DNA from: Trueperaceae bacterium
GTDB lineage: Bacteria; Deinococcota; Deinococci; Deinococcales; Trueperaceae
Assembly (NCBI GenBank): GCA_965215565.1
Contig: CBDCDZ010000004.1
Location: forward strand, 1,600,001 to 1,664,000
DNA length: 64,000 nt
Direction of reading: 5' to 3'
Shown: positions 10,207-18,807 of the stretch, piece after piece
Numbering within the stretch: the first letter of the stretch is position 1
Layout: every line of letters begins with the position of its first letter
Made by a program: the position numbers and the translations under genes
The notes under the pieces: generated by a model
The model's input: only the letters and a program-made list of their open reading frames with translations
Database searches by the model: none
Told to the model about the DNA's origin: nothing

Positions 10207-10420
10207 CCGCGAAGGCGCATGAAACAGCTAGTAGCGGCGGCTTATAGTCGCGTTTCCATTTGAGCTTGCTGCGGCAAACTCAAGCGTGGGTGTAACCGGA
10301 AACGGTGTGACTTCATGACCGACGACAAGAAAGTTTCTCAGCCGTCAACGTATGAGCGTATGGCTCGGCCGAGGCTCGAGCCTTGACGCTTCTGACGCAC
10401 GCCGGCGGACTTATCCAACA

Positions 10421-10446
10421 GAAATGGAGCAGGCTCGCCTGCTCCA
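10421..10446 (-). terminator. Intrinsic terminator-like hairpin after the 121-aa ORF
   Basis: TGGAGCAGGC-tc-GCCTGCTCCA (10-bp stem), followed by TTTC on the minus strand. Confidence 0.55.
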
Positions 10447-10467
10447 CGGGAGACTCTACTACGCGCC

Positions 10468-10833
10468 TCAGCCTGGGCGCTTCTCTACCGAAACCTGCTT
10501 GGGCTTGGACTTGCCGTAGCTAAGGAAGTAGTCGAGTTCGCGCCGCCCCCCTACCGCACCACTCTTGCCCTTATAGCTGTTTGGCGAGAGGACTACTTGC
10601 AGGCTCCAGCAGTCTAGGTGAACCGTCTCGCCGGAGTAGAGCGACGCGATGATCTCCATACGCTGCTCTCGAGAGTCGTAGTCCGCAGGGTAAAACGCAG
10701 CGAGCGCACAGTAAAACGTGTTGACGCAACTGTACGTCACCGACTCCGCACGCTTAAAGATGCTGCGCCTGCCCTCCACGAGCCAAAACGCTGCTACAAC
10801 AACATTAAAAGGTGTTTCTGGTGTAAAATCCAT
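10468..10833 (-). CDS. Hypothetical protein (121 aa)
   Basis: ORF with AAAGGA upstream and a terminator-like hairpin downstream; no recognisable motif. Confidence 0.45.
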   Translation of the reverse strand: MDFTPETPFNVVVAAFWLVEGRRSIFKRAESVTYSCVNTFYCALAAFYPADYDSREQRMEIIASLYSGETVHLDCWSLQVVLSPNSYKGKSGAVGGRRELDYFLSYGKSKPKQVSVEKRPG

Positions 10834-11065
10834 TCAAGGTTTCCTTTCCAGGGATGCCATAGAACTCGCCAACGCGAGCGTCTCTTACCCTTCGAACTTG
10901 CCAGAGTTTGAAGGGTTTGCTTTTGCAAATCGGGCTCGGGTCACGCTTGCCAGAGCGTAACCGCGCACCAATATAGGTTTTACATGATGACCTCCTTTTG
11001 AGGTTAGCCTTTCAAGAAAGAGCAACCGTAAATTACATTACCCTATGCAATATGGGGCTGTCGGA

Positions 11066-11719
11066 TTAGTCTCCGGGCTGGACGATGACGACGAGGCTTT
11101 TGCGCACCGTCGTGTCGCCGTCGGTAGCTTCTAAGATGACCCGGTACCCGCCCTCGTCCTCGAAGGTATGAAAGGCGTCCGTCACGTCCTGGCAGTCCTC
11201 GATGACTTCGTCGTCCGTCCCGTCACCAAAGCTTAGCGTGCACGTCGCGGGGCCTTCGGCTTGCAAGGTCCAACTGAGCGCCGTAAGGAGCGGGGCCGCA
11301 CCCTGGCTGGGCTGGGCGATAAAGGAGGTGATCGCGAAGTCCTCGTCTTCGGGCGAGCCGTTGCTGTCTTCGTCGACAACGACAGCAGCAGTCTGTTTGA
11401 CCTCGCCGCCGCCGTCGTTCGCGCTCAGCGTGATGATGTAGCTACCCGGCTCTTTATAAACGTGAAACTCCGCTGTCCTTTGATCACAGTCCTCGATGCG
11501 CGTCATGTCGCTGTCGCCGTAGTCCAGGGTGCACCTCACGCTGTCGCCGTCCGAGTCGGAAATGCTCCACTCGTAGAGAACCTCTAGGGGCGCGTAGCCC
11601 TCTTCAGGGTCAACCGTGAAATTCTCGATGATGGGGCTATTTTGCTCCGTGAGTTCAGCGATGATCGAGCAGCCCGTCAGGGTACTGATGAGCAGTAAGG
11701 TTGCTAGCGTGCGTTTCAT
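11066..11719 (-). CDS. Lipoprotein with two PKD-like domains
   Basis: MKRTLATLLL...LTGC lipobox; two repeats of P..G.APL.....W.....CTL.(Y/F)GD......H.(Y/F)...G.Y...L.A.DG. Start moved to ATG 11719. Confidence 0.8.
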   Translation of the reverse strand: MKRTLATLLLISTLTGCSIIAELTEQNSPIIENFTVDPEEGYAPLEVLYEWSISDSDGDSVRCTLDYGDSDMTRIEDCDQRTAEFHVYKEPGSYIITLSANDGGGEVKQTAAVVVDEDSNGSPEDEDFAITSFIAQPSQGAAPLLTALSWTLQAEGPATCTLSFGDGTDDEVIEDCQDVTDAFHTFEDEGGYRVILEATDGDTTVRKSLVVIVQPGD

Positions 11720-11801
11720 GTCCGTCCTTTCAGGGTGTTTCTCGCTCCAGTCTATATGACTCAAACCCTCTCGGAGAGGTTTTCTCCTGTAGGCTGCGCT
11801 G

Positions 11802-11915
11802 GTAGCGGTCCTAAGTCGAACGCTGCCGCGTGCTTCTTCTACCGTCTCCATACGATAAACAAGAGGTTGAAACCCCTTGTTTTGACACCACTGTCATTCC
11901 AGATAGAGCCACTAC
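11802..11915. repeat. Dispersed repeat family B, copy 1 (reverse orientation relative to copies 2 and 3)
   Basis: Reverse complement aligns with 42284-42397 along its length; central hairpin ACAAGAGG-ttgaaa-CCCCTTGT; ends GTAGCGG / CCACTAC. Confidence 0.8.
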
Positions 11916-11918
11916 CGT

Positions 11919-12908
11919 TCACGCACCCTCAGGGCCGCCGCTCAACCAGACGCCACCGGGGTCTTTGTCTGCTAGGAGCGCATCTACCGACGCCGCTAAG
12001 TCTCGGTGCAAGTAGAGCTGCTCCTTGCCGCGAATCTCCAAAGCGGAGCCGAAAACGGGCCGCGCCAAGCGGCGCTTGGCGGCTACGTCGATGCCGCCGA
12101 GCAGGGGCATCAAGTCGGGGTTATCCATCACGTCTTGGAGCGAGCCGCCGTGCGCCGTGGCGATAAAGCGCACACCGCGCCGCGCCATCGTAACGACGAC
12201 GTCCACATCGTTGTGGTAGCCGATTTCGTCAGCGATGACGACTTCGGGACCGTGGTTCGCAATCGCTTGCATCATGATTTTAGCTTGCACGGAAGGGTTA
12301 GGGACCTGTAAGCGCCGCGCCAAACCGATGCCGGGGTGAGGTATCTTGCCGTCGCCGCCGATTTCGTTAGACGAGTCTACGATGGCGACGTTCGGTCCTA
12401 GTTCGGCGGCTAGGATGCGGGCGACGTCGCGCAGGATCGTCGTCTTGCCAACACCGGGTCTGCCTATCAACATGAGCCCGTCGCGTTCGGTTTTTAGAAG
12501 CGGCTCTAAGGAAGCCGCCGCGCCGTAGATAAAGCGCCCGAAGCGCACCGTCACGCCAACGATTTCGCCGTAGCGGTCACGAATCGCGGAGATGCGGTGG
12601 AAGGTCTTTTCGATGCCAGTGCGGTTGTCCTCGCGGAAGCCGTGAATGCGGTGGATGATGTAGTGGATGTCGTCTTTTGTAACGACGCGTTCAAACGAGG
12701 CGTAGCCGGAGCCGTGCTTAATGACGAGTTGGCGGCCTACGTCTACGGCAATTGCTTCAAAGGCGTCCACGGTCAAGACCGCGTCTTGAATCCACATAGG
12801 CAAGATGAGGAGGAGTTCGGCTAAACCCTCTTCGCCTGCCGGAATAGGCGTACTGAGTGGGGGTGCAGGTGCAGCGCCGCTAGGAAGCTCAAATGATGTT
12901 GTAGACAT
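11919..12908 (-). CDS. SpoIIIAA/Ycf45-like AAA ATPase (no R3H domain)
   Basis: EDNRTGIEKTFHRISAIRDR.G.IVG.TVR.GR, Walker A GRPGVGKTT, IVDSSNEIGGDG, NHGPEVVIADEIG, ATAHG. Confidence 0.85.
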   Translation of the reverse strand: MSTTSFELPSGAAPAPPLSTPIPAGEEGLAELLLILPMWIQDAVLTVDAFEAIAVDVGRQLVIKHGSGYASFERVVTKDDIHYIIHRIHGFREDNRTGIEKTFHRISAIRDRYGEIVGVTVRFGRFIYGAAASLEPLLKTERDGLMLIGRPGVGKTTILRDVARILAAELGPNVAIVDSSNEIGGDGKIPHPGIGLARRLQVPNPSVQAKIMMQAIANHGPEVVIADEIGYHNDVDVVVTMARRGVRFIATAHGGSLQDVMDNPDLMPLLGGIDVAAKRRLARPVFGSALEIRGKEQLYLHRDLAASVDALLADKDPGGVWLSGGPEGA

Positions 12909-12976
12909 AAAGGCTCCTCCAAAAACGTGCTCGACGAACGAAATTCAGCGCTTTGTGACACCTGCGTTGACGCTCG

Positions 12977-13306
12977 TTAAGCACGCCGCCTTACGCCGCC
13001 TGTATAGGCCGTCACGGGACGTTCGGGAGGCGCAGGTGCTTCCGATGTAGAGAGAGATTCTTGAGTAGGCGGCTTGTTGAGTAGCAAATAGGTGAGCAGC
13101 TCGCGCAGCTTGGTGAGCTGTTGCAAGATAGCAAGCCCGAAGTAGATAAAGGCTGCTCCACCCATGAGTAGGCTACCCGCCATGAGCCCCCCTACATTTT
13201 GCGTACTCCATAGAACGAGACCACCCACAATGTAGATGATCATAAGTAGACGTAGGAGTAGTTTAGCGATACCTTGACGCTTGAGGGTGTCGAGAAGGCT
13301 TTTCAC
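12977..13306 (-). CDS. Small two-TM membrane protein
   Basis: Two hydrophobic segments; GTGA overlap with the upstream gene suggests translational coupling. Confidence 0.6.
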   Translation of the reverse strand: MKSLLDTLKRQGIAKLLLRLLMIIYIVGGLVLWSTQNVGGLMAGSLLMGGAAFIYFGLAILQQLTKLRELLTYLLLNKPPTQESLSTSEAPAPPERPVTAYTGGVRRRA

Positions 13307-13917
13307 GGTTGTTCCTCCACTTCTAAATTCGGCGTTTCCAACTCTAAGTCTAAAGTTTCTAAAAACGCCTCGGCGCTGTAAGGTTCGGCGGCGCTGAAGC
13401 TTTCGTAGAAGCTCGTCACGAAACTCGAGACCTCAGCCGCATCTTGCGATAGGCGCGTCGGCGTAACCTGAGCACCCGGTAGCTGCTTGACGCCGGCGAT
13501 GAGCGGCCCCTCGATGAGCACGCTGCGGTCGACGATGACGAAGCTACCCTGAAAGGAAACGAGGCGCACCGCCGCGTCTGCGAACGCTAGGCTGACAAAG
13601 TAAGAAGCTGGGTCGGTGATATTTTCGGGAGGCACAACCATGAACACGGTGACACTCCGGTCCACGGCGGCGCGTCTCAGCGCGTTCGCAACCTCTTTGG
13701 AGCGCAGCAGATCGCTCGCAACCATCAACTCTTGTGTCGCCGTATCGATCACTTGAACGACTTCAGCGGCATTTTGGAGCGTGCCTAACGTTGCACCTTG
13801 TGCTGTTTGCGGCACCGGCGTCGCGCCGCCGGTCTGCGCCTGAACAAGCGTGCTTGTCAGAAGGACCAGCGCCGCGACGCGCCATAACCTGCGTAGATGT
13901 GCGGTAAGCGTTATCAC
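13303..13917 (-). CDS. Exported PLD/Nuc-fold protein with degenerate HKD motif
   Basis: Signal peptide ending VQA; IDTATQELMVAS..LRSKEVANALRRAA..RSVTV resembles Nuc/PLDc_2; FQGSFVIVDRSVLIEGP sits where HxKxxxxD...GS is expected. GTGA overlap with virD4. Confidence 0.55.
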   Translation of the reverse strand: MITLTAHLRRLWRVAALVLLTSTLVQAQTGGATPVPQTAQGATLGTLQNAAEVVQVIDTATQELMVASDLLRSKEVANALRRAAVDRSVTVFMVVPPENITDPASYFVSLAFADAAVRLVSFQGSFVIVDRSVLIEGPLIAGVKQLPGAQVTPTRLSQDAAEVSSFVTSFYESFSAAEPYSAEAFLETLDLELETPNLEVEEQP

Positions 13918-16760
13918 GCAGCCTCGACTCTGCGCCGCTCCGGTCGCGAGGACTTCCTTGCTCTCGGTTTTTCAGCCTCTTTAGGGCTGCCTTGCTGCAC
14001 CTTAGCAGCTGCCTCAGAACCTGAGTCCGCCTTTTCCACAATCCAATCCCGAGCGTCCCCGCCTCCTTGGCTAGAGCTTGCTTGCGCCATCTTCTGCAGT
14101 TCAGCTAAAGCAGCGAACCGCTCGACGCGCCGCTGACCGAGCTGCTCCAGCCCTTCGCTGACGAGCCCCAACTTCCCCTTCTGTTTTTTAACTAAACGCG
14201 CTTTAACCCAACTACTTAACGCACCCGGTTCGGCAAGCTCTGCAGAAAGCGCGTCGGTGAGAACAGTAACTTTTGTAACCTCGTCCGTCTCAGTGTTTGT
14301 GTAGACGAGCACTTCGGGTTGAGGCTGAGCTTCTAGTAGCGCGTCGGCCCAGGTGAGAAAGGGGACCTGTCCCCCCTCCTGCGCAGGCTGAGGTAGAGGC
14401 TGAGAAGATGGGCCCGAGTTCTTCGGCGTTTGCACGCGAGCCTTCTTCTCGGTCTCTCGAGCATCACTTTTCGCAGTCGAAACGGACGTTGGCTTTTTCG
14501 TAGGCACTTGAGCGGGTTTGGAACGTTCTCCAGACTTGTCCGACTGAGCACGACCTTGAGCACCTTTAGAAGCCTGCGTTTTATGCAAGGCGACAAACCG
14601 CTCTATGCGCTCAGCACCTAAAAGCGCCATGCCGTCGCTGACGATCCCTAGCTGCTCCTTTTGCTTCTTGACCCAGCGCTGCTTAACCCAAACTTTGAGC
14701 GCGTCGGGTTCGGCAAGTTCACCTGAGAGCGTACCTGCGTCTACGGCAATCTTAGTAACCCTACCTGTTTCGTTTTCGGTGTAGAGCGTAACCTTCGCTT
14801 TAGCGTCCAGCACCGCGTCTACCCAACTCGTGAAGGCGTCCTTGTCCCCTTCGCCAATCACCTTCCCTTTAGTCATCGCCGCAACCTGGCTCCCACTGCT
14901 ACGTTTACGCGCGATCAACTCGCTCAGGTTGCCTTTAGCTGCGCTGTGCGCCATCATCGCCGTTCTGCGTCCCTGCAACAGCGCGCTCGTCTCAGCAGCG
15001 ACGTTGACGTTATCGGGCAGCTTAGCGTGGTAGTGCTGCAACTTGTTTTGCTTGCCGTGAACTTTTGCCTGATCCAAACGCGGCATGACCGTCTTAATGG
15101 GCGGCATCCCGTTGGCGATCACCACACCCACCGCGTCCGGCCAGTCGAACATCTCCTCCATCGACAGGAGCGGGCGCGACGCCTCACGCTTGCTCGCGCC
15201 GCGCCGAAACGACTCTAAAATCTCCATCGAGTTCATCCGGTTGCGCGTCGTCTCGATGACGGTCATCTCACCTAGCGCCTCGGCAAAAAACTTCGCGTCG
15301 TCGAACTTGAGGTAGCGCGGGAAAACGAGGATGTGCTGGAAGAGGTTCGTCAGGAGTGAGTTGGCAGCGGCGCGTCCGTAGACGGACTCCAACTGCGCCC
15401 TGTTTTGCAGCGCCACGTGATAGCCCACGCGGTACGAGCGCATGGTTGCAAAGTTCTCCTCCATATTGGGCAATTCGCCTAAGCTCGGAAATTCGTCTAG
15501 GTAGAACGACGTGTCCACCGGAAGCGTACCGCCGTGCTCGCGGGCGTTGCGCAAGAGCGCCCTGTCCAACACGCGCTTCGTAAGTTGCAGCAAAAGCTGC
15601 CCGTCGCCGCTCAAGAGGTTCTCTTGCGGCACGCCGATATAGAGGATGGACTTTTTGGTTCCCAAAGAGGTCAGGTCCACGTTCTCCCACGGGTACGCGG
15701 ACTGCTTGGTGGAACGCTCCAGGCGATCATCGCGGAAAATCTGCAGCTTGCCCTCTAAGCCATTGACGATGCCCGCCAACTTCGCGTCATCAATTTCCAA
15801 AAAAGAGGTGAACATCTCCTTGATGTCCTTATCAGGGTGCGACTCGATAAAGCCGCGCACCGCACTCTTGCCCATCATGAGCATCCTGTAAAGCTGACCC
15901 AAAGAGGTTTCGCCCAGAAGCGTCAAGCCCCACACCAAACCCGTGAGCAACTTGCGCTCCTGGTTTTTATAGAACTCGGCGTCACCCGCGTCCGTGTCGA
16001 TGGGCACGATCATCCGCGCGAACTCGCTCGCGCCGTCGAAGGTGTCCGCGCCCGCCAAAAGAGGTAAATTGAGCGTTTTTTCGCTAAAGGGCAAGAAGAG
16101 CTGCACGTCATAGCCCTTCTCCTCAAAGAAGGGCACCATGTTGAAAAAGCCGCCCCGCGCGTCCGGGTATTTGAGGTCCAAAACCACGCACGACACACCG
16201 TCTAGAGCGTCCATCAAGAGGTTTTGCTTGAAGTAGCGCGTCGTCTTACCGGAGCCGGGACCGCCGACGATGAGGGTATGGGCGTTGCGCTTACTTTCAG
16301 GGACACGCAAGAGCTTGCCCGACTTCGTGTGACCGATGTAACCGCGTAAGGGCGATGAGAACTTACCCTTATCCTCTTTGCGCAGAGGTAGCAACTCTTT
16401 ATCTGAGGCCCAGCGTGCACCGCCTGGCGCTTTCTCCGCCCCTGAAGGTAGACCGTCAGCCGTGAACATAAACACGGTGCTGATGACGAGCGAGAGGGTT
16501 GTAGCTACCGGTATCCACCAGGGGTAACGCTGCGCCCACACCTCATAGAAGGGCCCGCGACATTCGGCGGCGCTAAAGCACGCGAAGGTGAACACGCCCG
16601 GAGCCTCCGAGTCCAGGTTGAGGTAGCGCCCCCAGCCCTGTGCGAGCATCGCTGTGACGCTCTGACCGGTGACGCTCAGGGCGATGTAGAGACCGTAAGC
16701 GAAGAGGGTGAGGCCGGTGAGGAGGAAGAGGAAGCGGGGGAGTTGGCTGCGCTCGAGCAC
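13914..16760 (-). CDS. virD4: Type IV coupling protein (VirD4/TraG family) with long C-terminal extension
   Basis: Two N-terminal TMs, GGARWA, HTLIVGGPGSGKT (Walker A), LDLK, FYLDEFPSLG (Walker B), LQNRAQLESVYG, RPLLSMEE. Confidence 0.88.
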   Translation of the reverse strand: MLERSQLPRFLFLLTGLTLFAYGLYIALSVTGQSVTAMLAQGWGRYLNLDSEAPGVFTFACFSAAECRGPFYEVWAQRYPWWIPVATTLSLVISTVFMFTADGLPSGAEKAPGGARWASDKELLPLRKEDKGKFSSPLRGYIGHTKSGKLLRVPESKRNAHTLIVGGPGSGKTTRYFKQNLLMDALDGVSCVVLDLKYPDARGGFFNMVPFFEEKGYDVQLFLPFSEKTLNLPLLAGADTFDGASEFARMIVPIDTDAGDAEFYKNQERKLLTGLVWGLTLLGETSLGQLYRMLMMGKSAVRGFIESHPDKDIKEMFTSFLEIDDAKLAGIVNGLEGKLQIFRDDRLERSTKQSAYPWENVDLTSLGTKKSILYIGVPQENLLSGDGQLLLQLTKRVLDRALLRNAREHGGTLPVDTSFYLDEFPSLGELPNMEENFATMRSYRVGYHVALQNRAQLESVYGRAAANSLLTNLFQHILVFPRYLKFDDAKFFAEALGEMTVIETTRNRMNSMEILESFRRGASKREASRPLLSMEEMFDWPDAVGVVIANGMPPIKTVMPRLDQAKVHGKQNKLQHYHAKLPDNVNVAAETSALLQGRRTAMMAHSAAKGNLSELIARKRSSGSQVAAMTKGKVIGEGDKDAFTSWVDAVLDAKAKVTLYTENETGRVTKIAVDAGTLSGELAEPDALKVWVKQRWVKKQKEQLGIVSDGMALLGAERIERFVALHKTQASKGAQGRAQSDKSGERSKPAQVPTKKPTSVSTAKSDARETEKKARVQTPKNSGPSSQPLPQPAQEGGQVPFLTWADALLEAQPQPEVLVYTNTETDEVTKVTVLTDALSAELAEPGALSSWVKARLVKKQKGKLGLVSEGLEQLGQRRVERFAALAELQKMAQASSSQGGGDARDWIVEKADSGSEAAAKVQQGSPKEAEKPRARKSSRPERRRVEAA

Positions 16761-16824
16761 AGCTAAACCTTTCTAAAAGCATGTCTGAAAAGAGTTGATT
16801 TCATAACTATCTCCGCCTTGAGTG

Positions 16825-18807
16825 CTAGTTCGGATTCTTTCTCTTGATTTCCTCTTCGAGCGCCTTCATCTCGGGTTTAGTTTCCTCTATCTTTGCTTTT
16901 CTTCTCTTAGTTTTATTTGGGTCGTTCATAGACTGGTTGTATCTACCTGAGAACGCTCTTGCACCACCAGCAAGCGCTTTTCCTCCGCCAATAGCAGCGT
17001 TGCCGCCCGCTGTTCCTGCGCCTGCTGCCACACCTGCGCCCGCAGCCGCAATACCGCCTAGCGCGGACCCCGACACCGCGTTTGCCACACTACCCGAGAC
17101 GCCGCCGAGAAATCCCTGTAGCAGACCGGGAAGTTGCTTCATAATGTAGATAGATGCGAGCACGGCGATGGCTAGAAAGATGAGGCTGAATAGCCACTGA
17201 ATCATTAGTTTCTGTATATTGAATAGAGCCGGCGGAATCGTAGTTCCTAAATTAGCCATGTAGAAGAGCGACGCATCCGTGGCAACGTTTTTAACACCTT
17301 CAAACTGCGCTAACATGTCTTGCACAATTTCATTAGTTGTGGACATCGGTTTTTCCACGCCTACCGTGACGACGACGCTGTAAACGAAGGGAAACGCAAC
17401 TATGTTGGCGAACGCTAGAAGGACCATACTGAGCCATCTATTGATCCAACTGCTCGAGCCCGGCAACATAAGGAAAGCGGCGACGACAGGTAGTATAACG
17501 CCCGCCAGTATAACAGTAATAGCAGACGAGTAAATGACGAGTAAGTAGATGCCGTAAAGAGAACCCATCAAAATCATTACGCCGTAGATACCTTTAGTAA
17601 AGCCACCCGAAAGCGCGGACGCCTCGTCAATAAGGTCGTTGCCGGGTACAACGTCAGGGACCAGGCCACCCGCAATTTTGATCGCTACCGTAGCAGTTGC
17701 GGCGGCGGCTAGCGCTGGACCTAGCGTGTCGAGTTGCGCCTCCAGATCGTCCGTCGCAGGTTTAACAACATTTTGCGACATCGAATCATATACACCTTCC
17801 CATAGCCGAAGAGTTTCACCACTGATAGCAGGCGCGGCGAAGATGAGACCCGAAGCCACGATCAGCCTGCCAAAAAGTGCGAGATATTGGTCCGATTGAT
17901 AGTAGTAGGTGATGTTGATGAGGCTCCACACGAAAAATGCAAAGAGAAGCGTCATACCTACCGTGTTGATATTTTTCGCGAGGTTAAGGTCATCCATCGC
18001 GTTCATCGTGGCGTCGATCCACTCCTTGGGGGTAGGGAGAAACGCCTGTTGCCCAGATGAATTGTCTATATCTATATTACTCAAGTCAAAGCGGTCTTCC
18101 ACCTCGGGTAGGTCATATGCCGTCACTTCAGGTAAGATGTTTGTTTTTTGACCCAACTTAACTGCGCCGTCAAGAAGTCTCTTACCAGCCCCTCGAAAGC
18201 TGAAACCCCCTTCCTCTTCGGCCCCTCCACCTCCTTGCCCTTGAACGCCTTCGGTTTCGGGAAGCCCTGCAGCGCTGATATTTATGGGACTGCCAGCACT
18301 CACCACTTGTCCCTCTTGAAGACCTGCCGCCTCATCCCAATGCTCGCCGTCAGGTGCGTAAACACTTCCCAAAAAGCCGTTGGTGATCTCGAAGTGGAGG
18401 TGGCGGCCTGTCGAGCGACCATCTTCAGGTCGGTCACCACCCATATCGCCGATGGTTTGACCGGTCTGTACATACGAACCATCCGGTACAGTCCTCTCTC
18501 TCAGATGACCGTAAAGCGTCGTTAGCCCGTTAGGGTGCTCAATATAGAGGTACGAACCGTAGCCGCCGGGGTTTTCCTTGTAAACCACCCTGCCCTCGTA
18601 CGCCGCAACAACGGGAACAGCTTGGCTCGAGGGCGTACCATCGGGCGGAACGATGTCGATGCCTTTATGTGGTCTTCCCCAACGCTCTTTGATGTGCGAG
18701 CTAACCGGGCCAGTGGTTGGTTGAACAAACTGCGCTTGAGCAGTTTCGCTAAGGAGCAAAAGTAGCACGCAAATGAACAAGCTATATTTTATGGTGACCT
18801 TTGCCAT
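16825..18807 (-). CDS. M23 metallopeptidase fused to a VirB6/TrbL-like polytopic membrane domain
   Basis: Signal peptide ending AQA; HKGIDI, GYG.Y..IEH...TLYGHL, STGRHLHFEI; then several TM segments and a Gly/Ala-rich tail of TrbL/VirB6 type; lies between VirB5-like and VirD4 genes. Confidence 0.75.
   Translation of the reverse strand: MAKVTIKYSLFICVLLLLLSETAQAQFVQPTTGPVSSHIKERWGRPHKGIDIVPPDGTPSSQAVPVVAAYEGRVVYKENPGGYGSYLYIEHPNGLTTLYGHLRERTVPDGSYVQTGQTIGDMGGDRPEDGRSTGRHLHFEITNGFLGSVYAPDGEHWDEAAGLQEGQVVSAGSPINISAAGLPETEGVQGQGGGGAEEEGGFSFRGAGKRLLDGAVKLGQKTNILPEVTAYDLPEVEDRFDLSNIDIDNSSGQQAFLPTPKEWIDATMNAMDDLNLAKNINTVGMTLLFAFFVWSLINITYYYQSDQYLALFGRLIVASGLIFAAPAISGETLRLWEGVYDSMSQNVVKPATDDLEAQLDTLGPALAAAATATVAIKIAGGLVPDVVPGNDLIDEASALSGGFTKGIYGVMILMGSLYGIYLLVIYSSAITVILAGVILPVVAAFLMLPGSSSWINRWLSMVLLAFANIVAFPFVYSVVVTVGVEKPMSTTNEIVQDMLAQFEGVKNVATDASLFYMANLGTTIPPALFNIQKLMIQWLFSLIFLAIAVLASIYIMKQLPGLLQGFLGGVSGSVANAVSGSALGGIAAAGAGVAAGAGTAGGNAAIGGGKALAGGARAFSGRYNQSMNDPNKTKRRKAKIEETKPEMKALEEEIKRKNPN

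Noticed and set aside
11735..12166. ORFs 11735-12166, 26816-27031 and 42258-42587 share similar peptides (e.g. NKxLKPLxLT..SFQIxPL)
   Set aside because: The similarity comes from reading through non-coding repeat family B, not from a protein family.
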